64,000 bases of DNA from Bugula neritina (lineage: Eukaryota > Animalia > Bryozoa): assembly GCA_964035545.1 (NCBI GenBank), contig OZ037770.1, forward strand, positions 6,458,729-6,522,728. The letters are read 5' to 3'. This document shows positions 1-15,894 of the stretch, in pieces. The notes beneath the pieces were generated by a model, which saw nothing but the letters and a program-made list of their open reading frames with translations, did no database searches and was not told the origin of the DNA. The position numbers were made by a program, and so were the translations under genes. The stretch's first letter is position 1, and each line of letters begins with the position of its first letter.

Positions 1-136
1 ATTAGAGATTAACCAACTTAAAGGTTAGAAGCATGTACTCCTCTTGTTGCAGTAGAAACTGATATAGAATTCAAATTCCAAAGTTTCTAAAGATTTTTGG
101 CTTTTTAAAAAAAATAATGTTAAAGAAAAACGTTAC

Positions 137-298
137 CGATGACTACTGGTGTACTTGTTTTTCCTGCTGAATACCAGTCTGAGACAGGGCCCTCTCTTGT
201 GAGTGTTGAAAACAACTTGCAGGTTAGAACCTCTCTCTTAAGACTAGGTGTAGTAGTGTTGTTATAGTTTATTAGGAAGCTTCGATTGAGAGTTTTCT
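137..298 (-). CDS. Phase 1-1 exon of a second (paralogous?) extracellular-domain gene running off the left edge
   Basis: ttttcatacag| acceptor, G|GTAACG donor, 162 nt open (KTLNRSFLINYNNTTTPSLKREVLTCKLFSTLTREGPVSDWYSAGKTSTPVVI). Confidence 0.55.
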
Positions 299-3200
299 CT
301 GTATGAAAAATTAATTATTTTAACCACAAAGTCTTTAACACAAACCAACTATTTGAAATACACCTGTAAATATATACTTCAAACATGATAGCCTTCTATC
401 AGTTTTTTTTGTTGTTGACAAATTTGCTTTATTTTGTTTTTAAATTGTTGAAGAAAAAATTGGTTTTTGGTCATTTTTGATAATTTCTAAACACCTTATA
501 TACATGTAAAATATATAGATATATTTCTGAAACACCGTGTGGCTTCTGAAAACAGGTTCTCTAGATCATCACTATATGTAGCTATTCAGTTCATAAAACC
601 AACTATTTGTATGTAACAGCTGTTCCTTCATGTTGTAAACATCTTTGTATTTTCAATAAATCAAGCTAGAATATCTCTTTTATAAAAACAAGCAAAACTT
701 TTTTTATCAACTTTATTCCAAGATTACAGATATTAGTTTCAAGAGAATATAGCCTACAAAACTATTCTTTTTGATGATACAGATAGAAAGTTTACAATGA
801 TAAAGTTCATAACTTTATTGTACTCACAAGAATTTTAATCATACAGTTTAATAATTTAAAATCATTTAATAATTTGAGAAGATATTAACATTCTCTACTG
901 ACAAAGTCATTGTCTTTTATCACATGCTGCTATTATTAGTTCTGGTTTTAATGTTCTCTTTTTACCAAGCTACTGTGTTGTGATGAGAAAATTAAAAAAT
1001 ACAATAATATTCCTTATAAAGCAAATTGACAAAAAAAAATTATTTCCGCAGACCTAAATTAGCTAAATAATGAGGAAAACTCAAAAAGAATGAAACAAAA
1101 TAAAAAATCACCTTGATTATTTAATTGTATTCAACGGTATTACAATAGTTTTGGAAAAAATTCCAATATATAAATTTACAGCTAAAGTAGGAAAAATGAC
1201 TAAAAACTTAAAATAAATATAAACTGACCTGTTATATACACATATTCTCATCAAATGCAGTATGACTTTAGAATTTGTGAGATCCTTTACCAAGCCAATT
1301 TCAATTAAACATGAATATAGTAATGAAATACTAGCAAAGACTGCATAGTGTCAAAATAAAAGCTATCACTGCCCAGTTTTTTTCACAAATCGCTAAGGAA
1401 CTCAAAAGAGAAGAGTGGAGATTGCTGAACATTTGATGGCTTCTTTCAATAATTACATTTTTGCATTATATCTCTGCTTTGATAAATTAAGCTACTAGTT
1501 TGACCGTGCACCTTTAGATCTACACTTGGTTATCACTGATCATTTTCTCACGCAAAGCCAGATGTTTAATATTAAAAATGACAATACTATTGTCAAGAAC
1601 AAAAGGCTTCAATAATAGAAAGCTGAGTTGTGCATTAAAACCAGTATATATTTTCCTAGAATGTTGTTTAGAGACATAAAAAAACTGCCTATGCACAACA
1701 TACTTTGCATCTGTTTAGTATCTCGTAATTAGACATAAAAAAATCAAAGCCAATTATAAGGCAAAAGACCATAATACTGTACTATCATTGGATAGTTCTT
1801 CATCAATAAACAGGTAGTCGCCAGTGGTGGATATGAACCCCTCCTAGATGTTTCTCGTACTTCTTCCTCAAAAAACATTTTCATTAAGCCAAAAAGAAAT
1901 AACAATACACCTTTTTAGTTGACACTTTTTAATTTCTGACTGATATTTCACCTTATTTCCAATTATAATTAACTTTTAACCGGCACTTTTCTTTGTAGTA
2001 ATTCCTACCCTTTAGACTGTGTACTTTGAAATGAGTCTGTTTTACTCGTTACATAAAGTATAGTTGCACTGGCTACAGGTTGACACAAAAGCAAGCCTAT
2101 CTTGATAAAATCATGCGCAAATGTAGAAACTACCGGAGAGTTTGTTCCTCATAATTAGAAATTGACAAATTATTTTTAATCCGTTTAAAAGCATCTGGTT
2201 AGGGAAGCATATGCCGTGTTCAATTTGTTATTCTAGCATTAACAATAACAGAATGCAATAATTATAAGTTTATGAAAGTAATTTGTTTTCCTTCTAATTA
2301 CAAATATAATATTTTAGTATATATTGTAAATTTATAAGGCTTGCATTAGGAATAACGCAGCTAAAACATCATTTTCCTTAAAGTCTTAAAAATATATAAG
2401 TATAACATAATACACTATGCCAATAAACTTATTAAAGTACCAAGCAAGCTTAGCTAGTTTAAGAAAAATTACACTAGGTAAATTCCCCTTATTTATAGAA
2501 TGCTTGCTGATATTAGCTTTTGATGTAATTAAAGTAAATTATTATTTATCTTTCTAGCTAAGGATTTCTTGCCGTAAGTTTTGCTTTTATGCATGGAGAA
2601 ATGTCGTAACAAACGAGTTAAATTTTTATAGCACATAAAAATGTAATCTATAAGTCGAAGATATTTAAACTTAGCCATTAACTCATTTTAATTATCAATG
2701 TAGCCTAAATCTAATACAATACAAAATATATACCAGTATATATAATATATTTTTACCATGCTGTTAATTACAGTATTTGTAAAACAAATTTTATGCTCAT
2801 TAATTAAATGCAACAAATATTTATAAAATACTAATAATGTTGAATAAATAAATTCAATAATTCCTTTTCTATTTAAATGGCTGCATAATTTCTTGCAAGG
2901 TTGTATAAAGGAGTTGTGGCCTACAACTTATTATGTGTTCAATTGCCACATATGTCTTAGGAAGAAGAAAACTCCCCAAAAATTCTTGGTTTGAAAATTC
3001 TAGTATAATTAAAATCACTTAATATATGTCTTTGAAATGCATTTTGCCACTCTGCAAAATTGCAGGAACAAATATTGCATGAAGTAATAAATGATTTATG
3101 AAGTAATTAACAAACCAATGTAAAAACTGTTGTTGTATATAGAACACAACATATCGATTTTCTTCAATTTCCACATCAAATCTATATATTCAATTATATC

Positions 3201-4346
3201 TAACCAATGCTAATAAACTAAACATGCATGCATACAAATATTTGCATCATATGCAAGTAATATTAGCTAATTAGCAACTATAGCATTTTTTTCATTATCT
3301 TTATTGCTTGCATATGTCTAAGTATTATTAAAATAAGGTTTTTATTTGCAACTTTGCACCACAAATTACATAAAATCTAAAAACTTGAGTTGTGACATGC
3401 ATTAGGGCTACCTATACACAAATAGACCTTCATAAAACTCTCAATGATTTTATTCAACTCATGTATGCAAAAGTTTTGCATTAAAACAATTCTTCTAAAT
3501 CACCCTAGAGCAGGAAATTATTACAAAAACAGCTTCTCATATATAATCTTTCTCCAGATTAATTTTTTTTTCCTGTATATTTAAACTAACTTAGCAAGTG
3601 AAGATTGTGATATCACTCAGGTAATCACATATATATTATTCATAGCTGTAATACTTTAGCAATGAATAGATCATGTTTAATTTCCACTCTACCTAGCAGT
3701 TTTTCAGAATTATACAGCTATGTATATCGTGAAATTGGAATAGCCTAATAGTTTTACAAGTGTTTATAGCTAGACAAATTAACTTAAAAAGCTTACAATA
3801 ATTAGATGATATTTGCATTCTTTTGAAGGTTATGGTGAAGCTACTGCAAAACTGGCCATTAGTTTAGCATAATATGCAATGCCACGCAAAAGCATGCCAA
3901 ACAAGCAATGTTTATTTACCTTACCAGTGCAATTTTATCACCTTAAACACAAAAGCAAGTATAAAATACACATCCATATTAGATTAACTGTCAAGTTAAA
4001 AAAGACAACATATATTCATGAGCTGGTTCTGTTTGCACAAGTACAATTTAGACCAGCTTATTATTTTGATTGCCACAAAAATATGACGTAAAATATGTCT
4101 TTAATCATTATTTTGATATTCACTGGTTGAAGATATTTTTTATATCCTAATATGTAAATATTGTACATAAATCTTAAAAATTAACTAGGTGAATAAGGAA
4201 AACTGCTAATTTTATGAAACTTTCATGTTAATAAAGACAATGGCTATCAACAAATCCCACCAGACCACAAACTAATTGTAAATACTAAGGCAATTACATA
4301 GTGCTATGTGTTGATCTAGCCTAGTCAATACACCACAAATATGTAT

Positions 4347-4550
4347 TATGACATACCACATTTTAAGTACTGGGTTACCATTTATTCTAATGGGTATTTG
4401 TTTAAACTGTTATATACAGCTTTTTGCACTACCAATATACAAGCCAGTTGTTATTCTGTCACTTTTTATCTACATCTCTTTTTAATGCCAGTTACTTGTT
4501 AGCTTCAGTACAAACAGCTAAACATTCTACTCTACAGCCAATCTTACTGT
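4347..4550 (+). repeat. Dispersed repeat, homologous to 25281-25482
   Basis: Shared tatgacata, aagccagttgtt, cagttacttgttagc, cagccaatcttact in the same order. Confidence 0.75.
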
Positions 4551-6708
4551 TAACTCTTGTTTAACAATATTACAAGAATCTAAAAATTTGAGTGTGTTTT
4601 AAGTATAATATTCTATCATTATAACTTTTAAATGAAACAATAATATGATAAATGCATTATAACTTTCTGAAAAGTTTTTTTGCAAAGTATATGTTTTTGG
4701 AAAATAGTTTTACAACATTTGCTAGGAGCATTATATTTATTCCTATCTAAAATAATTCTGTTTGAACTGCTATGTTTGTAATCATGTAATCAGAAGTAAA
4801 GCATCAGTAAAATGAGTATAAGTAGAAGCTTGACAGCTACATTAGGCATTGCTACATAGTACATAAATATATGGCCGTATTAACTACTTAGCTGCATTCA
4901 CAGATAAATGCATGGCTTGGAATTACAATACCATGAATACATTATTTATTTAGCTGGGTAACTATACAATTATGCCAAAGTGAAAAGCTTTTGGTTATTA
5001 ATGCCTGAAATGTCTAACAATCTACTTGGGAGACCACCTTGTTGTTACAGAGTGAATGAGTTATTTGTTTGGCATTTGGATGATGGCACAAAGAAAGGCT
5101 ATTTGGTTTGTTACTTGAGACTAGTAGCAAACTGCTACAGTCATAGCATCTTAGAAGATTTTGCATCACTTGCTAGAATTGTACATTATTTTAATGTAGC
5201 TATTGAAATTAATATCTCACTGAAAACACAGTATTGCAAAATCTTAAGCTGTACATAATTATATTATGCATCAAAAAGTACTTCTGCTATTCGACTATCC
5301 CAGGTTTATTTTAAACTAGCACTGCCAAAGTGCCTTGACTCTATTACAGTGTTTACTAGCTAATTTTGTTCTTCTCAATAGTGAAATAGATCTATTGCAA
5401 GAAATTAATGACTAGATATAACAATAATGATTTTTAGGCAAGACTTTCGCATCTATATTGCTCATCTGCTAGCTTGAAATACCCCTCTCCTTGGACTAAT
5501 CTCAGGCTTTTCATTGTTGTTTAAACAGTTTTTAAACTCCTATTTCAATAAATCATTACCAACACTGCCTGCATGTATTAATATTCATTAGTGCCATCAA
5601 TGCACTGTGGAGACAGCACCTGATGTTCTGTATATTACATTATAGTACAGAGATACTAAATCCAAAACATCTAAAATAATTGATGCTTCTACCAGATTTT
5701 TAGCACACCTATAATATGTATTCCTGTAGTAAATATTAATAAGATGTTTTAACTGATAGTTTTTATGCCATTATAATAGTTTGATACTATAACTACAACT
5801 TGAAACTCTTTAACCAGCACATTGGTTAGTAATATTGCTTCTTGATATTTAATTGCTGGTTCACAAACTATCAATAATAGGGATGCATATCAAAACTTGA
5901 CTGCATTCATAATATGATTTTAATGCTAGGTAATGACTAAGCATGTCTGGCTGATATGAGGTGACTATTTTGTACACTGTTTAACAACATCAGCTTTTTG
6001 GGTTCATTTAAAGCATCTGCAAATCTGTATTATACATAATTACTGTTAGGGCCAATTAATTAAATTGTTAACCCTGAAATGCTTTTTACACTGTAATACT
6101 AAGTAGTAAAAGATATGACTGTATATATATATAAACTGATTGTAATTTATACATAACAATGTACATTTAAAAAAAAATCACAAAATACATAATTTATTAG
6201 CTAAATTTCAAGGCGTTTTGTAGGTAGTGGGTTAATGTCAATAAAGTAGAATCCAGGAAGTTGAATAGCTTTATTCAAGAGGAAGGCTCTCCAACAGTTC
6301 CACCAAAGCCTAAATAACATGTATAAAATAAAGGTTATATGCACAATTTTTTTTCCAAAACAGCCTGCAACTGTTTTGCTATTGCATATGCCCTATGCCA
6401 TTCATCAAGTAGAACAATTTTAACCAGGATATCTAGAAAAGTTGACACAAGGGCTTTATAAACTATGTAACAGTAAAACTGTGAGTAGAAATTATTTGAC
6501 ACTAATGAATAATGCTTTAGGTGCTGGCAACAACCATAAAAGAAAAGTTATATAACAAACAAATAGAAAAAGCACTAAACAAATCAACAGCATTATATAC
6601 AATTGGGGCACATACATGAAAACAGCAGCTAGTGTCATTTTCTTAAGACAGCACTATTTTAGGTATAAATTTAAGAAGTATTAGAAAATGCAGAAATTTA
6701 CTGCAATT

Positions 6709-7105
6709 GGTTCATTTTATTTAAGTTAGTACATACTGAAGATCTCAAGTTTTTGCTAATGAACATGAGTTTTGGCCCGAAACTAAAAAAATATCAATAA
6801 ATACACCTAAATAATCAAGGCTCTTTTTAATTTTCTTTGATTTCCTATGCTTTTTTTCTAATTACAGCAACTTCTGACTGGGGATCGCCACGATTAGTTT
6901 GTAACAGTAAGCAATCCAAATGAAATGAATAAATAGGAAAAAACATGAGAAATCATGCAAAATTAAGAAGAACCTTGATTATTTAGGTGTATTTCTTGAT
7001 GTCTCACTAATTTTAAGCAAGAAGCATTGTTCATTAGCAGCTAAAATGTAAAAATGGCTAAAAACTGCAGATTTCCAGTGTGTACTAAATTAAATAAAAG
7101 GACTC
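6709..7105. mobile_element. Palindromic MITE-like element, family with (g)gtcatttt..aaaatgacc ends
   Basis: Inverted arms (tacacctaaataatcaagg / ccttgattatttaggtgta; gctaatgaaca / tgttcattagc); related copies at ~24371-24582, ~24805-25220, fragment ~1050-1230. Confidence 0.75.
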
Positions 7106-7306
7106 AATCACCTTTGCAACATAATTCAATAATTGCATGGTCAAGCAGAATAAACTACAATTAACAGCAACAACAGTGTAATAGTTGCGTAGAAAAGTTG
7201 TACTGCAAAAAACTAAAAGAATGCAAAATCTATAAATGTGTGCTACCAAGTAAATGCTGAACAGACATCATGAAATAGTGTACGAAATACAAACTATTAA
7301 ACTTAC

Positions 7307-7516
7307 CTGTTGATGTAATGCAGCCAAAACCTTAAGCTTAGAGTAGTGGAATGGTGCTGTTCGATGTTGATATGCTACAAGTAGCTAAGATGACTCAAAT
7401 TCTTGCCTTTAGGAGTAAGAGGCCTCAGCTCAGTTTCAACAAAACTTCCAATAATCTCAACGGATGCGCTCAATTAGGAGCCACAACAAAGCACACCCAT
7501 GTCATTTTAGTAAACT
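7307..7516 (-). pseudogene. Frameshifted exon relic resembling exon 4 of the FN3-FTLD gene
   Basis: Good splice sites (ttttttag| and CAG|GTAAGT); fragments MTWVCFVVA, ASVEIIGSFVETELRPL and APFHYSKLKV (cf. PPYSDYSKLKL) lie in different frames. Confidence 0.3.
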
Positions 7517-9177
7517 CTAAAAAATGAACGGAAATAAGACTGTTAGAGAGTAAACAGAGAAACATATAGTGATGGGGGAAAAACCTGTCAGCAAAGGTTA
7601 TATACACTCATAGCCATAACACGAAGAAAAAGATAATGAATAACAACCTATTCAAGATGACACAAGAAACCAAACAAATTTCTTTGACTAAAAAATATAA
7701 TTAAATACTATATTACTTGGCAAAAAATATTTGTTTTGAACAACGTATTATTGGGAAGAATTGCCAGTGTCTTAAATTTTGAGATTAAAATTTCTGCCTT
7801 ATAGCGGAAATAGAGAGGCAATCAATAGTGTACAAAACATGTTTTCAGTCATTGGCTGTTGACTAAATTGACAAAGTTAAAGAAAGCTTCCATATCATTA
7901 TTTATTTTGTTCTCAAGTGTGTGGTTACAGTTTCATGAGTCAGAAATATAATTATTTGAGATATGAAATCAAATTATGTAGTCAAAAGAGTGTCATACAA
8001 TTTAAAATGTAGTAATAGAGCTTTGACAAAAATTTCTTCTGCTAAGTAAAACAGGTACCATTATGTGCTACTTATCTTTTAGAGATGAACATCAAGGATG
8101 TTGAAAACAAAATAGTTGTAAATTACAGCAAATACCTTTCTACTTACCTAACCAGAGAAAATAAGTTTTCAACCTTGCATGCACTCAGCTGGTTTTCAAT
8201 GTTTAGATCAGTGACATCTTTATAACTGATAGCAGCATTATGTGATAGCTTTAGGAATTATTACCTTAAATCTAAATTATATAGAACAAGAAGTGCAAAA
8301 ATATGGCATTAGTACTCATTGCACAATACACACTTGCTAGAGTAGCTAATCTAGCATCACATTAATTTAAGAAAGACAAAATTTTATTACTGTTCACAAA
8401 TGATGAATATTAAAATTTGAATAATTAGACAAATTAACAATGATGTTGATGTTACTTCAAACATTACTAATGGTAAACACCAAAATACTAATAGGAATAG
8501 TCATGTTAACATCAATTAGAAAAGTAAAGATAATTTGAAAATGAGACAGTTTATAGGTCTAACTCTTATAGTTGACAAGCAATTACAGGGCAGTCATATT
8601 GATGTAGGCTACCCTCAAAATGTATAAGCACTTTAAAAATATTAAAAAGACAGCACATATAAGAACATAATCTTAAAAATAGGCATATGTGACACCTATA
8701 TTTTGATTAACAAAGAAATCTTCTTTACTTTATTAATCTAGCTCATATAATGGTATTCTGTCTTAGTATGTTATTTTAATACTTGAAATCTAATCAGCTA
8801 CAGAAAAGTACTTCAATTCAAAGGCCTTCATAATTATTCTTTAGTTTGCTATTTAAATAGACAGTAAGGTTGATGAATAAAATAAAAGTTAGTAAAGTAA
8901 AAACTAAATAAATTGAGAATAATATCTCCACTCTAAGGTTATAATCCTTATAAATTAACATTTTAATACTCCTGTTATCCTTAGGTATAGTTGTTAGCAA
9001 TTTAACTATGAGCTCAAAGCCGAATGTCAGTATCAGCATCCCCATTACATTGACTAAGACTGACTTTATAACCCTCAAGCTGTGGCACTCAATTTCTATA
9101 AGTAGTAACTAATAACAAATATAAAATTATTTATTTGCTACTGATAGTGATAATAATAATAATTAAAAATAATAATA

Positions 9178-12140
9178 TGATCCATTAAAATAGAACTAAT
9201 AAAGCCAACGACGTTAATGGTATGTCTAACTAAACATGGCATGTCTCGTCTGGCAGTGGGTATGTGGAGGGCCAGGCAACCTACGGCCGTCAACCCGTTA
9301 ATGGCACAACTAAAAGAAGATACTCAAGAGAAGACAACAAAGTTGTCATGAAATGCTGCTTCAAAAGTACACCCAAATTGAGAGGTTATAGAAAAACAAT
9401 GTATGAGCTCTGTAGACCCGGATCAAATAATTATTTAAAAAGAATGTGCAAACGCTGGAAAACAGAGGAGAGTTTAACATCAGCGAATAGAGACTAGCGG
9501 ATTAAGCAAGAACTATGAAGAAACACAAGCATTTTATGGAAGAAGAACTCCATAAGATTGAAGAAGGAACCTTGCAAGAACTAGGCACATCAATTGGTGA
9601 AGAAGATAATGAAGAGCTAAATTTGCAAATAGAGGATGTTATAGTACAACATGAGATAGCATATAAATCAGCCATGAGAATTTTAAGAGTACCTAGTTCA
9701 GAGGTAGAAAAAGTGTTAGTAGAAAAATTATAAATGAGCATAACAAACTATCTAATGATCGACCAACACTAAGAGCCCTTAGGCACATTGAGAGGGTCAA
9801 ATTACTACAGGCAGTAAAACAGATTAATGTTGTGCTAAACTGTGTTGAGATTATTAATACCATTGAGCTTAATAACACCACCATGGCTTGTGCGAAAAAT
9901 AGTAACAGAACAAGTGTGTAACAAAAAGGAAAAAGAAAAACTGACAATGTACAAGTATGGAAAATACGACTGCAGAAGAAATAAAAAGAAATTAGATCAG
10001 ACCTAAGTAAAATAGCAGAGTGAAAAAGTAGAGCTTACAATGATTCATTGAGAAGAATGGTTGAAGAAAAATATAGGATAAAGAACAAAGAGTGTGGTGT
10101 AGTGATTGAAAAACTGAAGCAAAACCTGAGAGCTGTAAGCCAGAAGATAAACAGATATACAGAATGAGTTGATCAATATAATCAGAACACAATGTTTACA
10201 ATGATAAGCGCTTTTATCAAGAATTACGAGGAAATGAATACGTACATCTAAAGAGGCACCTGACAAGGAAATCAAAAGCATTCTGATAAAATATATGGGA
10301 TCAGCCAACTAAAAATAATACCAATGCAGAATGACTAAATAAAGTTAGCAACAAATTGGAGCATATGTAAAGACAAGGAAATTAGATCTTAGAAACGATG
10401 CAAACAACTGGAATAGCAATTAATGTCATAAGGTTGATAAGAAAAAGCATGAAACCTGGAAAACACAACTGAAATACCTGGAAGAGAAGATAGGAGAAAT
10501 AAAGATCAAACTAAGAATTTTCCAAGGAGACTCTTTATCTCTATCCCTTTTCTCCAACTACCGATTCGCATGACAGAAGCGGCTCAATGATGCAAATTTC
10601 GACGAGACAGAAAACAAACCATCTCCTATATGTGGATGACCTGAAGGTAAATAGGAAATCAAAGTCAGAACTGGAAGCTTTGGTAAACACTGCCGGGATC
10701 TTCACAAGGAATATAGAAATGAAATTTGGATTAAAAAATGTGCCACACTGGTTATGAGAAAGGGAAAGAAAATCAAGGACACAGGAATCAGTTTGCCTGA
10801 TGAACAGGTAATCAAAGATCTGGGTGAGAAGCCGTCTAAATATCTAGGAGTTCTTGAGATTGATGGAATACAAATATATGAAATGAAAAATAAGATCAAG
10901 GAGTACTACAAACAAATAAGAAAAGTTCTGGATTCAAAACTGAATGGTGAGAACACAATCAAAGCAATAAACACATGGGCAGTAACAGCAGTGCATTACA
11001 CAGCTAGAATACTTGACTGAACTGTTTCATGAGCTAAAAAATATAGGCTGAAAGACAAGGAAGCTAATGACAACAAACCGTGCACCCTATCCGAGAGCAG
11101 ATGTAGGCAGGCTGTATTTTAGCAGAAGGGAAGGCGGTAGAAGAATGTTGTCAACTGAAAAATGCATAAAGATTGAAAACTGCAGCATGTCAGACTACAT
11201 AAATATAACATAGACTGATAGAAACACCACACTGAATACCTTCCTAAAAGACAGAACAGCGGTAGAACTAAATAATGATAAAGTGATGGAAAGAACTGAT
11301 GAGTGTAAAGAAAAGCTTCACGTGGTCAATACATCAAAATGGTGGAAGACATGAAAGCATTTTCCTGGAACTGGTTGAAGTATGGTTGGCTGAAAAAGGA
11401 AACAGAAGGACTGCTGACAGCTGCGCAAAATCAACTATTCACTACTAGAAATTATAAAGTGGCTATGATGAGAGAACAGGGTAGCAAGAAGTGTGGAATG
11501 TGTAACGCAAGAGACAAAACTTCGATGCACGTATTGAGTGAGTTTGAGAAGGTAGCAGAAGGAGAATATAAGAAAAAACACAACCTTTTGGCATTGATAA
11601 TTTCAATAGTAGTTGTGTGAACTTCGTGGGTTTCAGAAAAGTAAGAATTGGTACGGCCATCAAGCAGAATAAGTACTGGAAAATGATAATGTGAAAACCT
11701 TGTAAGATTTTAACATACACACTGACGTAGTCATCAAAGTTAGGAGACCCGATATATTAGTAGTTGACAAGCATAATGCTGAAACAACGATAATTGATAT
11801 CACAGTCCCTGTTAACTACAGAGTAAAAGAAAAAAATTCGAAAAGTTAGGAAAATATCAGAATTTAGCACTAGAATAAACCCGCCTTTGGAAAACATCAA
11901 AAAAGTCATCCCGTTGTAACTGGAGCCTTTGGAGCTTTATACAAGATTGTAGACTGGCTGACACTACTTGGAGTAGCTGAAAACAAATGCTCATTAATTC
12001 AGCAGACACCCTTACTAGGATCAGGATAAGCTCACATCCTGAGGAAAGTTCTAGCCATTTCAGCCTAGTATAACTAGGCCAATGGTAAAAGGTTACACCA
12101 GCTAAAAAACTACGGTCAATCAACAATAATAATAATAATA
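9178..12140 (+). mobile_element. Degenerate R4/Dong-like non-LTR retrotransposon with restriction-like endonuclease
   Basis: N-terminal EDNKVVMKC..S.P..RGYRK; RT motifs IFQGDSLS (~10517) and NHLLYVDDLK (~10617), YLGV; CGMC..H knuckle (~11490); RRPDILVVDK..IIDITVP (~11743); (TAA)n on both flanks. Confidence 0.85.
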
Positions 12141-13184
12141 GTGCAGTTGGTTCTATTATTAGATTAGCATATCGATTATGACTTTTCGATTGCCACCCTG
12201 ATACTATGAGTAAAATGTACAAGCATACGTGAAAGTATAGATATGATCATAAGTATAAAAATAGGTATAAGTATAAATATAAATATAGGTACAAGTATAA
12301 AACGAATGATTATATTATTAATAATATTAGTCAGTGATACCTATAACCGTAATGGTTTTTAGACTTACAGTTATCATTAACATTAGCTGAGTAATATGAT
12401 TAGTTAAAATAATGGTATTCATTATTATATCATAGTTATAAGTTATAACTCTAGTCTCTAAAGAGCAACAGCAAGTGTAATTGGGATATTCATATTAAAT
12501 TTCATATTCACATAGTGAAATGTTTATGTTATGAACTAATTTATTCCTTCAACATTTAACTATAAATATGATTAACACTAACTTTGACCAGCAGTATTAC
12601 TAAAAGAAGCGTATTACAAATATAAGATAATAAAATTCTAGTAGTAGGACTAATAGTATTACTAGGTCCAGTATTATTCTTGTTATCTTATTCATCATTC
12701 ATGAGTTATCAAATTTAAAATTACTACTTATTAGCATCAGCATATAAAAAGTAAGATCATTAGGAATAATTATCATGAGGTATGATCTATGATTTGCATT
12801 ATCCATATATAGTTTATTATCAATATGATATATTATTATTGCTGATAGTCTATGTTATAGTTAAATTTATACTTATCTTTACAGTTACCTATAGTAGCAC
12901 TTATTAGTGATTTGTGGTAGCCAAACTAATGTTTAATATTAATAAATTAAACTGAGTATCATAAAAGTGTTACTAAGAATTTTAATTATAATCGTAATGG
13001 TGATCATATTACTTTATTATAATTATTATATTTTATCATTAATGCTAAACTGAGTTAATGTATATACTTTGAGTTTTACTATTACTCATTATATTTACAC
13101 TTATAGTAAAACTAAATATGTAAAAGTTATACTTATACTATTATTATTCGTATTTCATTAGACTTACATCTAAGATCGCAGTCC

Positions 13185-13316
13185 TATTACTACTACCACT
13201 GATACTAGTACTACAACTAGTACTAGTACTGCTACTAGTACTAGTACTACTACTACTACTACTACTACTACTAATAGTACTGTTACTACTACTACTACTA
13301 CTAGTACTACTACTAG
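13185..13316. repeat. (ACT)n / (ACTAGT)n simple repeat
   Basis: actactact and ctagta units read directly. Confidence 0.9.
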
Positions 13317-13951
13317 GTCTACTACTGTACCAGTACAACTACAAACTTTGAAAATAACTGCAAGAAAGGTATGACTTACTCTTTTTCTTAGTCTTACTGT
13401 GACTCTCAGTCGTAATGTAAAATAAAATTGTGAACTGTAAAGTTAAACCCAAAGCTGAAATTTATTTAATTAAATTTAGACAATCTGAATCATTGGCTCA
13501 ATCCTTGAGTTTGACTATTACTATTATTATTAGTGTTACGATTGTGATTATCATTGGCATTATGCCATTATCATTATGATTGTAATTGTGGTAATTCTAA
13601 CATTAATTATAATCATAAATTAAAAGGTAATGATTAATGATAATTATTTTCATTTTGTAATCATAATGATAATCATAATGATGTAAATTTTGATGTAAAA
13701 CCAAAATACTAAAACTAAAAGTAAAAGTTATAAAATTAAATGATAAAGTATTATAATGATAATTATTATATTTATTATATTATTATTGAATATATTATTT
13801 CATTAGAAAATAGGTTGCAGCTTAGCATGATTAAAATTCAGTAAAAATTAGTTTACCAACAGCAAACATGCATGCGTCTTGTCAACATTCAATTCGTAGT
13901 GCCATAGCGAAGCCAGATTACTGGTAGTACGACTACTAGAACTACTACTAC

Positions 13952-15894
<1,943 letters not shown>

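Noticed and set aside
4900-5900. Possible LINE APE-endonuclease relic on the minus strand
   Set aside because: Only faint motifs (IIGVLKIW) in broken frames; not supportable without a profile search.
13144-13338. Poly-Ser ORF
   Set aside because: Reverse translation of the (ACT)n repeat.
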